From assembly GCF_018977255.1 (NCBI RefSeq), contig NW_024704778.1:1-64000 (forward strand): a DNA stretch of 64,000 bases, given 5' to 3'. The notes under the pieces are model-generated. The model was not told the DNA's origin. It saw only the letters and a list, made by a program, of their open reading frames with translations, and did no database searches. Shown here piece by piece: positions 11,245 through 24,889 of the stretch. Numbering within the stretch: position 1 is the stretch's first letter; each line of letters starts with the position of its first letter. The translations under genes and the position numbers were made by a program. This DNA is from Callorhinchus milii. Taxonomy: Eukaryota.

Positions 11245-14200
11245 AGTAGGCAGACGTGTGGAGGAGGAGGAGAGGCTCGACTGCGAGACCCTGGGATGCT
11301 GAGAGCACGGTGTACACAGTGACCTACCTCCGTGTACTCGAGAGGAACTTGAGAATCCGACTTTAAGCTGTGCGTCCGAGTCCAAAGAGAGCGAGAGAAA
11401 GAGAGAGAGAGCGAGGGTTTAACGTAGAGAGCTAGCTGTTACGCTGAGATGCAGGACTCAAAGGCAAGGATTCCTCTGACCCTTTTAACCCCAGTTTTAA
11501 TCTTCGCTTCGAAGAAACCATGTCGTCTCTGTCCCTTCTCTTTGTTCTAATTGTTCTAACCGAGACCTGCTGCTGTGTGATTGTGGTGATGGTGGTAAGG
11601 TCCGCGGGGTTAGGAGGGCGCTTGTGGGAACTGGGAGTAAGTCCAGGCCAGGCTGGTAGGATCCAAATCTTCTCTGACTGCTAACGCGCAGTGTCAAATG
11701 TGCATACACCACGTGCAAGTGTTAATATATCCTGTGAAAAGATTATTATCTTTTAACATCCATTTGATCAAGCAAATGGGACTTTGGGTTCAAAGTGTCG
11801 TCCAAAGGAGACTTTGGTTTGAAGCGACACACGTTGTCAGTTGCGCTGTCCCCTCTTTCTTCCCCCACACCCCCACCACCACACAACAATCCTCGCACAC
11901 ACAAACACACACACACACACACCACACGCACGCTCACTCACGCAACGCACACACACTCTCATTGCTGCTCTGGAGTGTCAAAGCTTGTTGGACGGTCGAC
12001 TCAGCTCCTGGCGCGAGGTTGTGAGCCCGTTACCCCGATCCAGAAGCAAGAGTCAAAATGGAAAAAAGAGAGCGAGAGAGAGGGGGGCAAGTTACAATGG
12101 GTAGATTTTATCAGCTGCTATTTTAAACTCGTGCCGTTTAATGTTCTGCAAGATTCAGGTCTGCAGTTGCCTGTCTTACTGGAAATGGGAGTGCAGATTG
12201 ATTCCTCTGTTTGCCCACCTTAATATGTCCTCTCCCTCCCTCCCTCCCTCCCTCCCACCCTCCAATACACTGTAAAGTGAATTGATGGCATGTTTTGTGG
12301 GCGAAACGCGGCAGACAGTTGCGCTTGACTGTGGCAGAGTTGGCAGACTCTGCCACCGTCAACCACTCCGGGATAGCCACCGGGAGTGAAGGGCGCTGTG
12401 TAAACGCAAGACGTCGTTGCTCGCTGGGTGCCGGGGTTTGAGATGAGGGTGAACTCAAGCCACGCTGGCAGGAAACGGCAGCTCTCCCGCTAGCGGGTGC
12501 TTACTGGTAGCTCGCCAAGCCGGGCACTTGAGCAGAACACCTCGCGCCGGGGTTCAGCTCGACCTCGTTACACCTGCCCGCCCTGCGAGCAGTCTGCGGC
12601 TGATAATTTAGCGAGGAAAGTCCACGCGAGTCATTGCATCCACTGAGAGATGGATTCAGGTTGGGGCTCGGTCATTGACGGGACCTGGGACTGGCTACCC
12701 TTCTCCTAACAGCCTCCCGGTTCAAGAGCAGTGTCGAGTGGTAGTGTAACCAGCCTACTCTCCCACAGACCCAAGGGGAGTGACGCCGGCATCAGCTTTG
12801 TTTTGATGTGAAACTCTACTGTGTAATTATGCTTTCATTTGCCTAAGTATAACCGAAATAGATTGTCACCCACCTCGCACCGGGCGGTAGCACTCCAGGA
12901 CGCTATACCGCGCGCGTGAAGGGGTGGGGGCGGTGTAAGTGCCGGTCGTTCTGGTGACTCCAGAGGCTGATGTATTTTGGCTCACTATTGGCTTCGGGTC
13001 TGCGTGGAATCCCGGCTGAACCATCAAAATGGACAGCGCAGCAGGAGGCCCCTGGAGAAGGATTGCTCTCACGTTCGCAGTCACAAGGTTGTCTTGCGAT
13101 TGTGTATTTGCACCCAAGCTGTAGAGCAGAAGTCCTCTTCACCCACCGCCATTGCTTTCCTAGTGGCCTACTCTTTACTCTTCTCCAACCCACGTTCATT
13201 GCCCCAACTTCCTTCGCATCTCTCCGGGAGATTGTGGGCGAGAAAGGAGGTGCATTTCGCACAAAACGCAAGTCACTACACTTTGCGGTATGTTCCGTGA
13301 AGCGCTTTGAGACGTCGCGAAGGCACGATAAGGCGCTGTATCGAATGCCAGGATTAGTATTAGATCAGACAAGTGTATGCGTGTGTTGGGCAGACTGTGA
13401 GAGAAAGGGGCTTAATTGTTGAACATACTCGCAGGCTTCTGATCGTTCGAGTGCCTGTGTGCGTGCGCGCATGTCTTCGAAGCAAACACTACACGCGTGT
13501 GTTTTATCGGTACAGCATGTGACTTGTTGTTCGGGCTCGCTATTTATTTCCTCCGTGGTCATCCACATCCTGTTTATGTTCAGTGGACCTATTTTTTATG
13601 TGTACGTATAAATAAATATATATATATATATATACACACACATACATACACTGACATTAACAAGGAGGAAGGGAGGTGGGATATGTGTGTGTGTTATATG
13701 TAGACCCCACCCCCCCCCCCCCCCCACCCTGTTGTAAACTTGACAAAGGCCCCTCTGTTGGTATGAAAGTTAACTTATTGCTCTGCTGAATTTAACCCCC
13801 TCAAACACACTCCCATTTGGGGAAACATTTACTGTGTTCGGTGTGTCTAACTTGACGGTTCTGTAAGCTTCGACTGTTAAATGCTGCTTTTTCTTGGCGT
13901 GATGTGACACGAGACCTTTGCGAGAGCGGTGCTTGATCCGTCCCGGGACACGCGGCCTCTCGGCAGCAAATTGTACCTCGCGCGTGCTTTGTGGTCGCTC
14001 TTAACTGTACAACACTGGTGTATTCTGTATAAATTCAGGCCCTTAATCGCGACATGGCGCTGGGCTATTGTGATTTCTTCCCCGAGTCTCGACTCCGATC
14101 CCTTTATCTGCGATCCTTTGAAGTCACAGACTAGGCTGACGCTCCGGTGTATGATCTCAGCTCCTCATTTGGGGCAGTGACCCACAGCCTTCTGCCCCCC

Positions 14201-15126
14201 CACACACCCCCCCCCCCCAAAGCCAAAGTGCCACTTGACTGTGACAAACTGAAACAATCTGAATTTTTTTTCTCTCTCTCTCTCTTGAGAAGTGGGGCTA
14301 ATTTATCTCCAAAATCCGAAAAATCATTGCTATTTTCACCCCCACCTCTCCTCGTTACGTAATAATAATCCTTGCATTTGATACAGCGCCTAATCAGGTC
14401 GTCGAGACGTCTCGAAGCGCTTCACAGGAGACACCGTAAAGTGAATTGACTGTATATTTGGGGGCCAAATGCGCACAGCAGCGTCCATCCCGCAGAAAGT
14501 CGTGGTTTTAGTGACCAATTTATTATTTGGATTATTACCCCTGGAAAAGCGATCGACTAACAAGCGACTAACTGGCGAGGTAAACAAAGGCACGTGCGGA
14601 GTGAGGAAACTTGCCTAAGGTTTCGCCCCGACCTGACCCGCTCGGGAATCGAACCCGGGTCCTCTCATTTGCGAACTGGGCCACTGAGCTACGGGACCTG
14701 CAGTGTCATTTCCTGCGTACGTGTCCCGAACGCGGATGGGTTTGTAAACCCAACGGCAGGTTCCAAAGCCGTAAGCGACATGTGTCCGGGTTTTCTGAGT
14801 GCCACTTAGTGCTGCTAAAACATCTTGAAACTGTCTGTGATTTCTCCTTGATAAAAGGACTTAGCTTCTGTATTTCCCCCCCCCCCCACCCCACCCCATC
14901 TCTACAGACAAGGTGGCTGCCTGTCACATTACATCAGCCTATAATATAATAATCTTCGCATTTAATGGAGCATTTTGTGTCTCAAAGTGCTGGCTAGATA
15001 ATGGCTGTGAAGTATGTACTGGCAGCTGTATCCCAGCATGATGGCCATTTTCTGCACAGCACGGAAAACTGTCTGCCAGAACTGTGACCAGGAGAAACTC
15101 CCTGCTCTTTTCCCCCCCCCATCTAT

Positions 15127-15505
15127 GGAGTCCTGCAGCTCAGTGGTTTGAGCGCTCGCCTGGGCAAGCGAGAGGACCTGGGTTCGATCCCGGCCGGGCA
15201 GGGCGAAACGTCGGGCAAGTTTCCTTACTCCACCCGCGCACACGCTTCTGTTTACCAGCAGTAACTAGGAACCCGGATGTTCGTCGATTGGCCTCTCGCT
15301 TTTCCGGGGGGTAATAATCCCTCCATAAAAACTGTTCGCTCAATCCAGGACTGTTTGTGGGACCTTTGCTGTGTGCAGTTGGCTGCCGTGTTTCGCCCAC
15401 AAAATACACACGGCCAAACCACTTCACGGTATATCCTGCGAAGCGCTCTGAGGCGTCTCGAAGACGGGGTAAGGCGCCGTATCAAACGCGAGGATTATTA
15501 TTATT
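15127..15505 (+). mobile_element. Full-length tRNA-derived SINE (Deu-domain family)
   Basis: A-box-like GCTCAGTGG, B-box GGTTCGATCCC, Deu-like core, 3' tail GAAGCGCT..GACGTCTCGAAGACG...AAGGCGC.GTATCAAA.GC.AGG(ATT)n. Dozens of copies in the window (e.g. 10715-11057, 18835-19206, 54408-54774, 60860-61262 on +; 14361-14700, 47262-47610, 58474-58845 on -). Confidence 0.88.
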
Positions 15506-15818
15506 CTGTGGGGCTTGAACCCACAGCTTTCTGTTTCCCAGTTTAAAAAAAAAGGCACAGGTTTTAGCACTCAATCCTGAAATCCATCCCAATGGGTCCC
15601 GTTTGGAAAGTTCAGGGCGTCCTGTCGAGAAGGCTGTGAAGCGGAACAAATCGATTTGCTTCCGAAACGCAATGATTTTTAGGGCAAATTATATTTTACT
15701 GTTTTATACAGAATATTTACAGAACGACAAAAAAAAAACACAAGTCAATAAACTTTAATCGAGTTTCAAAAGTCTGGTTTAAAGAGAGAAAAAAAATCGC
15801 ACGCTGCTTTCCGTGCGT

Positions 15819-17596
15819 CAAATCGAAATGAGACGATCGCCTCGATGGGCTAAACACTGTGCAATTTATTGAATTCTATTCCTATGGCTTTTATTTTCCC
15901 TCAATGGGGTTCTCCCCAGGCAAAGAGAAATGTATAAGGCTCCTGTTCATTTGATAGTGGGTCAGTTTCACCCATCCCGCTCCTTCCTTCCCACTCGTCC
16001 CTTCCCACTCTGCGTTCTTGTTCGGGTCAAGAACTTAACCCAGTAGAAAGTCTCCAGTATATACTCCGTCCCTGCTACCTTGTGCGTTCTGTTTCAAGTG
16101 ATGTGGGCTTTCTAAAGGGACTTGGGCAGCAACGGGTGGGAATATCAGAAAATCCTCATTTCTCTTGTGCCTCTCTCTCCCATCCTAGAAACTCCACAGA
16201 CAGACAGACAGACAGACAGACATTCAGACAGAGCTTCTGACCTTCGTGGGGAAGCTGAAGGCAAAGGCGGAGGAAAGGCAACCGGATAGGAATGAGCGAG
16301 AGAGAGAAAGACTTCAGACTGAGGCAAGAGAGAGAGAGCGGGTGGGCGAGGGGCGGGGGTGGGTGGTGGGGGGGAGTGGAGGTTGGTACAAACACAAAAA
16401 AATTAAGAAATGCGCAGGATTCAGTGACGAATACAGATCCTTGGGACGTCTTTTCAGACGTGGAAGGCACTATGCAGATGTCGGTTTGTATTGTATTTTG
16501 TTGTTCGCTGATCTCCTTGCATTTGATACAGTGCCCTATAACACCGCCGAGATGTTCTTGAAGGCGCTTTGCGCCCGGCAACATCCCATTTGCGCGTTTC
16601 GCCCACAAAACACAGTCGCTGCATGTCACAGCATGACCTCTGAAGCCCTTTGAGACGTCTCGAATACGCGATCAGGCGCTGTGTCGAATGCAAGGATTAT
16701 GATCATCGTAACGCAAGCGATGACGTGAGTGTCCAATTTTATCCGGGGGATTGTTGTCTGGATATGAAGGAGTTACAAAGGGAATTCTAGAGGAAATTGG
16801 GAGTCCACCATTGGCTTCAGTATTCCTGGCCTGAGGTTCCCATTTCCACCTAATTGTACGTAGCCTGTGAAACTATTTTGGCTTCATACTTTATAAGTCC
16901 TGTAGCTTAGTGGTTAGAGCACTCACTGGGTTCGGTTTCTGGGCGGGCAGGGCAACACGTTGGGCAAATCTCCTTCCTTCCTGGCATATCAGATCGAGCT
17001 AACCAGTCGAGAGAAGGAGACGAGTGAGCATGTTCTCGAGGGAGGGGGTAAGAGAATCGAAGCAGCAAGACGTTTCAGGCATTTGAGGAGAACGGGGTGA
17101 AGTGAGGGCAGTTCCTGTGGGCTGCGGTGTATTGCAGTCATCAATCCGTACAATGAGGTCAGGACTGGCACTAACCACAGGATGCTTCTGTAGACGTCTC
17201 TCATGTGCTACTTTCTCGAGAGGGCCTCTGGAAGACGACTCGAGCTACGTCAAGCGGCTTCCCGCAGTCACAGTGCGGCGCCATAGCCTCAAAGACTTCT
17301 CCGACTTCGGGTGGACAAGATCTACCCCGTCTGACGCAGTGCCGGCTGCCATTTGCTAGCGTGTTTCTGCACAAATGCTGCTAATCTGCCCCTCTGGAAC
17401 TCCATCCCACAATCCCCCCGCCTCGCACCCTCCCTCGCCTCCTTCAAGACCCTTGGCTTCGACCGTGCCTTCGATTACCTGCCCTCCTCCACCCCTTCCT
17501 GATCCCAACACCCACCATCCCAACACAGCTCGGGTGCAGATCTCTCACTGTCCAGCACATTGGGACATCCTGTCGTGAAAGGCACTGGTCTTTGTT
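15819..17596 (+). repeat. Segment A of inverted duplication (partner 28412-30196)
   Basis: Reverse complement matches 28412-30196 apart from two CAGA units and a 1-bp indel; mirrored ORFs in the track. Confidence 0.95.
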
Positions 17597-20500
17597 GTTC
17601 CATACGCCCGGTCTTTCCCCTGGAAACAGAGAAATGTTATCCGCAACAACAGAAAAAGGGTCCGATTGCGCCTGTGTCGCTGCCGTTAGCTTTTCGAACT
17701 CACTTTTCTTCAATATTCATCTCCCACTTCCAGTTCTCTCATATTCCTTAATGCTTTTACTATTGTTTGACAGTCCAGTGCCTTGGGATGTCTTGCCGAC
17801 CTGAAAGGCACTATATAAATGTAAATTTGTATTGTACTTTACTCAAGATACTAATCCAGTTCTCTTTCTGAATGCGCCTATTATAATTAAGCCTCAAATG
17901 CCAATTATTGTAATGAATTCGAACACTTAATGAACCCCCTGAGTGAAGAAATTACTTCTAACTTCTCACTTAATTTCTCTGCTAATAAACCCTGCTACAA
18001 TAACAGGCTTTAAACCGAGGTCCCGGATTCCTGTTCGGGTGGATGTTAAAGATCCCAGGGCACCGTTCAGAAACTGTAGGGACTTTCTCCTTGTGTCCCG
18101 GCCAGCAATCCCCTGGATAAAATTGGTCACTCACTCCATGGCTGTATGCGGGGCATCGCTGTGCAAAACTGGCTGCCGCGCTTCGCCCGCGACATACAGT
18201 CAAGCCCGCGTGTCCCGTGAAGCGCTTTGAGATGTCTCAATGGCACGATAAGGCGCTATATCAAATGCAGGTATTATTATTAATACCCAGTCAAGTTAAT
18301 CACCAAAACCACGAGGAATAAAGGTAGTATTTTATTTTCACGGAGGATTGTTAGGACATGAAATGCCCAACCCTGAATTGTGGTTGAGGGCATGTTTCCC
18401 AAGCCCGGTTAAGATCCATCTTGACTTTTAAGGGGGAATAGATAATATGGGGGGGATTATAAAAGTGCGTGGGTGGGGAGAGAAGGAGAATTGGACTAAA
18501 TGCATAGCTGTTTCAGTGAACCATCCCAGCGTGATAGGCCGAATGGCCTCCTCCTGTGTTGTAAATTCCTATGGTTTGCTCAGCTAGTCAACAGAAACAA
18601 TTTACATTTTCCGGAGAAGATATTTCATCCTCCTGGGGAAATCCCATTCTACCTGAAGGAAAACCCAAGTAGGAAACAGAGCGTAAGAAAGGACAAACAT
18701 CACTATTACAGGGCAACTCGGAGAACTTATTGCGAAATGAAGTCAAGACATAAGGAAGCTAATGAGAAATGAAAACAAGAAGGGATAGGAGGGAAAAAAA
18801 ATGTGGCACGGCGGATTGTGCGATTAATTCATTTGGAGTCCTGTAGCTCAGTGGTTAGAGCACTCGCCTCGGAAGTGAGAGGACCTGGTTTCGATTCCCG
18901 GGTTGGGCCAGTTTCCTTACTCCACGCACACGCCTCTGGTTACCTAGCAGAAAGTAGGAACCCGGTTGTTAGCCGACTGGTGGATCGCTTTTCCGGGCGT
19001 AATAATCCCTTCAAAAAAAAATAATAATTTGGTCGCTCAATCCATGACTGTGAAACAATTGGCTGCCACGTTTCACCCACAAAATACACAGTCACTACAC
19101 TTTACAGTATATCCTGCGAAGCGCTTTGAGACGCCTCAAAGACATAATAAGGCGCTGTATCAAATGCAAGTTATTATTATTATTATTAATTAATTATTAT
19201 TATTATGATGAGCTTCATTTCACTACTTGGTTTCACCCAAGTGAGTCTTCCCAGTTGACAAAAAGAAGCTTTTTTCCACAATAAAACGCGGCTGAAAGGA
19301 CTTCTTGTTGCTCAGGACCCATCTTGAAGGCTGGAGTGTGGAACTCACTTGCCATAGAGGTCAGTCATATGAAATATTACTAGAAGGTAGGAAACAGGTG
19401 AATATTCCTTTATTTATAATCTCTCAAATGATTCTTTTCCCAGAGCAGAGAGTACTCTAAGAGCAAAGCCTAACCCAGAGCTTGATTCTCAGAACAAGCC
19501 CCAGTCATCGCTTTAAATGAGAATGCAGAGATTTGGCTTTTCTTCTTCTATTATTGTGAGTGAATCAGAGATTCCTGCTTCTGTTCAATTAGATTCACGC
19601 TCCAGCGCATTTAGATTAGCAGCTTCTTTACATTTAGATAAAAGGCTGCACCTCGTTCTATCGGGGAAAGGGGAGTGGGGGATGGGGGGAGTAATGAAGC
19701 GAGGCAAATCAGAGATATTAAATTTCAGGCACAATGCCTCACAAAAAAAAAGAGCATTTAATGATTCATCTGAAGAACAAGGCTTGCTGTGTGATTATTT
19801 GCATACCCTCATCCTGTGGAGTCCTGTAGCTCAGTCCTAAGAGAACTCGCCTCGCAAGCGAGAGACCTGGGTTTGATTCCCGGCGGGGCGAAACGTTGGG
19901 CAAGTTTACTTACTTACTCCACATGCCTCTGTTTACCTAGCAGTCAACATGAACCCGGTTGTTAGTCGATGGCCTCAGCCTCTCGCCCCACTCTGGAACT
20001 CCACCCCACGTGCCTTCGCTCTGCTTCCTCCCTCCTCCTTCAAGGCGTCTCAAGACCCTCCTCTTTGACTGTGCCTTCGCTCCCCTCCACTCTCTCCCTC
20101 TCCTCCCTCCCTCCCTCCCCTCCCCTGCCTTCCCCCAGCTCGGGCCCGACCCAACTGCACCCTTGGGACGTCCTCCCGATGAAAGGCGCTCTATAAATGT
20201 GTTTGTTGTTGTTGTTGTTGATTGGCGGATCGCTTTTCCTGGGATAATAATTCCTTCCAAAAAAAATGGGTCACTCACTCTACGGCTGTTTGTGCAACTC
20301 TGCAGTGCGTAAATTGGCGGCCGCCTTTTGTGCACAAAAACATAAAGTCAGTTCACTTTACGGTATATTCTGCGAAGTGCTTTGAGACGTCTCGAAGACG
20401 TGATAAGGCGCGATATCAAACGCGAGGATTATTATTATTATTATTTACAAAAATTGGTACGTGCAGACGAGCTGCGGGGTTCATGATCAAATGTGATTTC

Positions 20501-20630
20501 AAAATGTAATATCTGGTTAAGACTCCAGCAGTTAACCCCGACGGACACTCTGGGCTCCCCCCCAAGCCTTGGCTCTTGCCAACCTGTGCCTAATACTCTC
20601 TGGAATTAGGTAAACAGGACGCGTCCCTCC

Positions 20631-20668
<38 letters not shown>

Positions 20669-21516
20669 GCATTCCATTCCGACAATTTATCTCTGGGATT
20701 TTCATGGGTAGTTGGAATGCAGGGAATTCTCAGCACCTGGTTGGCTTTTTTGCTGCCAAACAGGTAACGTGACAGGAGTGGGACCGAATTCTACCCGAGA
20801 GTGAAGCATCTCTCGGACAACAACAACAACAAGATTACATTTGTACACGTCGGGAAGACTTTCCCAAGGCGCTGGAACGTCTGAGAACATTTCTAACATC
20901 TCTAACCACTATGCTGCAAGACTGACAATGTCTGAGAACACAGAGCAAATAAGATAAGGGCTCTTATTAGCAGAGGACTGTGGATTATGTTCGGCCTCAT
21001 TCAGTGTGGCACAGAAGTGCAACTTAAAGAGGGGAGAGATGAAAAGCTGCACTTTTATAATGTCTTCTTGACCAAAAACATCTCAAAGCAATTTACTGTC
21101 AGGCCTCGTCTCTCTCTCTACCTCATGTATTTTTAATTTGATCTGTTAAGCTGCTTGCATTCCGGCAATTGTCCAATATTGCCTCTGTAATATTTATGCA
21201 AACACGATTTGAGAATTTTAACAAGCCGCTGAACATACACCAGCTCACTTTAAGCATTCGTATCCATATGTAAAATTAATTCTTATTATTAATGTATGTA
21301 GAATGACATACGGAAGCATAGTAACAGTGAGCAATCAGGCACCAATACAGAAGCCCTCATAGGTAAAGTAGTTGTTTTCAATAATAACAATAATAATGCT
21401 TGCATATTATTATTTTTTAATTTATTTTTGAAGGGATTATTACCCCCAGAAAAGTGATCCACCAATCGACTAACAACCGGGTTCCTACTTACTGCTAGGT
21501 AAACATGTGTGTTATG

Positions 21517-21554
<38 letters not shown>

Positions 21555-24500
21555 AGTAAGAAAACCTGCCCAACAGGTCGCCCTGCCTGCGAACCAAACT
21601 CAGGTCCTCTCGCTTGCGAGGGGCGAGTGCTCTAACCACTACGCTACAAGACTCCAGTATCGCAATGGATGCATCCAGCAATTACACCGTAAGGGAAGCT
21701 CATACGCAATAGTACGTTCATGCACAAGGCATTTCTGAGAAAGTGGGTGCAACGCACGATATAATAATCAAAAGCTGAGAGCTAATTTGGGAGTATGAAG
21801 CACCAGAAATTCTCAAAATACTTTCAGTCACTTGAAACCTTGCCCAGCCGTCACCACCACTTTAGGCCAAGATTAATGAAGGGACAAAGAACTCATTGTG
21901 ATTTTTAAAAAAATGTTAAATCACCTTTCAAGAACATTAAAGCTTCAGTGATCATACACATCTGGTTAATCTTCAACAATTAATAGCAAGTCAGCATAGG
22001 GAGCCCTTTATCAAACATTTTAGTTAGGAAATTAGAGAGAAAAACACCAGAAGGGAACCCAATACAGAACAATCAATCACCCGCCACACGTGCGGTTGAG
22101 ACACATGGAAGAAAAACCCAAACAATGCTGAGAATGAAAATGTGACGGTCAACGTGATGGCCATCACCAGCAATGGAAACATAGAACCAGGAGGAGGCCA
22201 TTCAGCCCCTTGAGCTTGTTCCGCCATTCTATAAGATCACGGCTGATCAGTACCTCAACTCCAATTACCGGCCCTACAGAGAGCAGTCAGGCACCAACAC
22301 AAATAATACAAAAGCCCATATAAGAACTGTAGTTGTTTTCAATAATAATAACCCTTCCATTTGATATAGCACCTTATCAGGTCTAGAGCATGTTATTAAA
22401 GCATATTAGAGTGATATTATTTCACATGTGGAATTTCCACTGCTGTCGATGTCCCTGTCCACAGCCTCGTGAAAATGGATGATCTCAAAGCCACTCATTT
22501 GAACATCTACCTGAACAAGCTTCATCGACTTAACTGAACTTTTAAAGGAAAAGGGGTTTGAGACACCAAGAGAAATACAGCGGGATTTACTGTTACAAGG
22601 ATTAGGAATGAAGAGACAGCTGCACTGAATGAGCTAAAACCAGCTCCGGCTCAATAAGTCAAAGGGCCTCCTTCAATTCTGTAATTCCTATGATTCGATC
22701 GACCCAGTTTCCTAAGCAGGGTGCGTCCCTCCAAGGAGAGAACGCTCATTCATTCCAGAATTCCTATTTTCTGCAAGATGAACGGAGGCGTGTGCGTGTG
22801 GAGTAAGGAAACTTGCCCAACGTTTCGCCCTGCCCAGGAATCAAACCCGGGTCCTCTCGCTTGCGAGGCGAGTGGTCTAACCACTACACTACAGGACTCC
22901 ATGATTGCTACTCATATAGCATTTATATGGCGTCTTTCGAGTAAAATAATTGTCCGTAAGTGTTTTACAAATTAAAATTGATGAATAACTTGTGATCTCA
23001 ACAACTACAATGGATTGAAATTGGGAGGACAGAACCATGGACAGGGCAGGAGTAATGAAAATCTTTTTATAAAACCTAACAGCACCTCCAGCAGACTGTC
23101 AGTAGTACTTCAACTAAATGATAATATAATAGCAATCCTTGCATCCTTGAGTCGTCTCAAAGCACTTCACAGGATACTCTGTAAAGTGGAGTGATTGTAT
23201 ATTTTGTGGGTGAAACACAGCAGAAAATTGGGCACAGCGACATGCCAGACGTGGATTGAGCGACTACATTTTTTAAAAAGGGATTATTACTCCCGGAAAG
23301 AGATCTGCCAATCAACTAACAACTGGGTTCCCTGATTACTGCTCGGTAAACAGAGGCGTGCGGAGTAAGGAAACTTGCTTAAGGTTTCGCCCCGCCTGGG
23401 AATCAAACCCCGATCCTCTCGCTTGCGAGGCGAGTGCTCTAACCAATACACTACGGGACTCGACAATGTAAAACGCATTTTTCTCACATTGTGATCAGGA
23501 TTTACATTTGCGGATGTTTGAAATCCTACGCCCTACGAGCCGTTCTAAGACGTTTAAAAGACTGCAACGACAATGTAAAAGTGTACAAGGAAGAGCGGGG
23601 AATTAGGATTAGAGAATTTAGCTGCAGTGGACGAGCCAGCTCTACTTAGGCTCAATGGGCAAACAGTCTCCTCTGCACCGTTATCTGTTCTGCTATAAAC
23701 CTTTGTGACAATTTTTGAAACTCCATCCCACAGTCCCTTCACCTCACTCCCTCCCTTTCCTCCTTCAAGGCCCTCCTCTTTGCTCGTGCTTTCAGTCACT
23801 CTCCCACCCTCCCTGCCCTCCAAACCTCCTGACCCACCTACAAGCTCGGATCCAAATACCTGACAGTCCAGCACCTTTGGACGTCCTCCTGACGAGAAAG
23901 GCGCTGTATAAATGTCATGTGTTTCTGTTGCTGTTATTTAATACTGTGCAGAAATACCACAAATTCACTTTGGATAGTAAATCACAATAAGTCACTGTTG
24001 AAGGTCAGAGTGTTTTGTGAATGGCAATGCAGGTTGTATCTCCGGTCTGATCTGAGGTAAGTAATCTCAACCAGGTTAACAGTACTGGTGGGGCAATTAG
24101 GCTCAGGACTAATGAGGTTAACGTTATTTGCAAAATACAGCCCCCGATAGTTCACAAGCAAATAGACAAAATCTCTTCTCCCCGCTCTGACCTATAATCT
24201 TCCTGATAAATAATTAATTATGCCATTATCTGGTGCACAATCTAATTAACAAACACATGAAAAATTCATTTGTACCAGCGCATGGCAAGAGAGAAAAGAC
24301 GAGATTGAATAGAGATTTGTTTTAGCCATCCTGTATTTTGCTCTAAAAAAAAGTATTCAGTGGAACATTTCTTAGTGTTAAGTCAAGATTCCCAGCACCT
24401 GTCAATCCACAAATACAGAAACGGGCCACAATATTGCTCACAAAATCAACATTATATATATATACACACACACATTCACAATGTACATATCATTCTCCAA

Positions 24501-24889
24501 ACATCACAGCCTTTATGAAACACTCTTGCCACATTTCTATTTGTTATCTGGTCGACATTTAAAAAAACATTCCAGAGAGTTGTTACGGTCTGGAACGCAC
24601 TGCCTGGAAACAGATTCAATAACGACTTTCAAAGGGAATTAGATAAGTACTTGAAAAGGAAAAACTTACGGGGATAGGTGGAAAGAAAGAGCGGGGGAGT
24701 GGGACTGATTGGGTAGCTCTTCCAAAGAGCCGCGTACAGGCACGATGGCTTGAATGGCCTCCTTCGGTGCTGTAAGATTCTATGGATTCTATGAGGGTAA
24801 TGTGAAGGACTGTGTATCTCAGTGGTACATAGAGTGGTTTGTTGAATGAGGGAAAGTTACTACAGATGTAGTTTTGCCACCGTACTGAC

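Noticed and set aside
15127-15200. tRNA-like sequences (A and B boxes) at many positions
   Set aside because: They are SINE heads followed by SINE bodies, not stand-alone tRNA genes.
16989-17359. 71-85 aa ORFs conserved in two copies
   Set aside because: The conservation only reflects the A/A' duplication; no recognisable protein.
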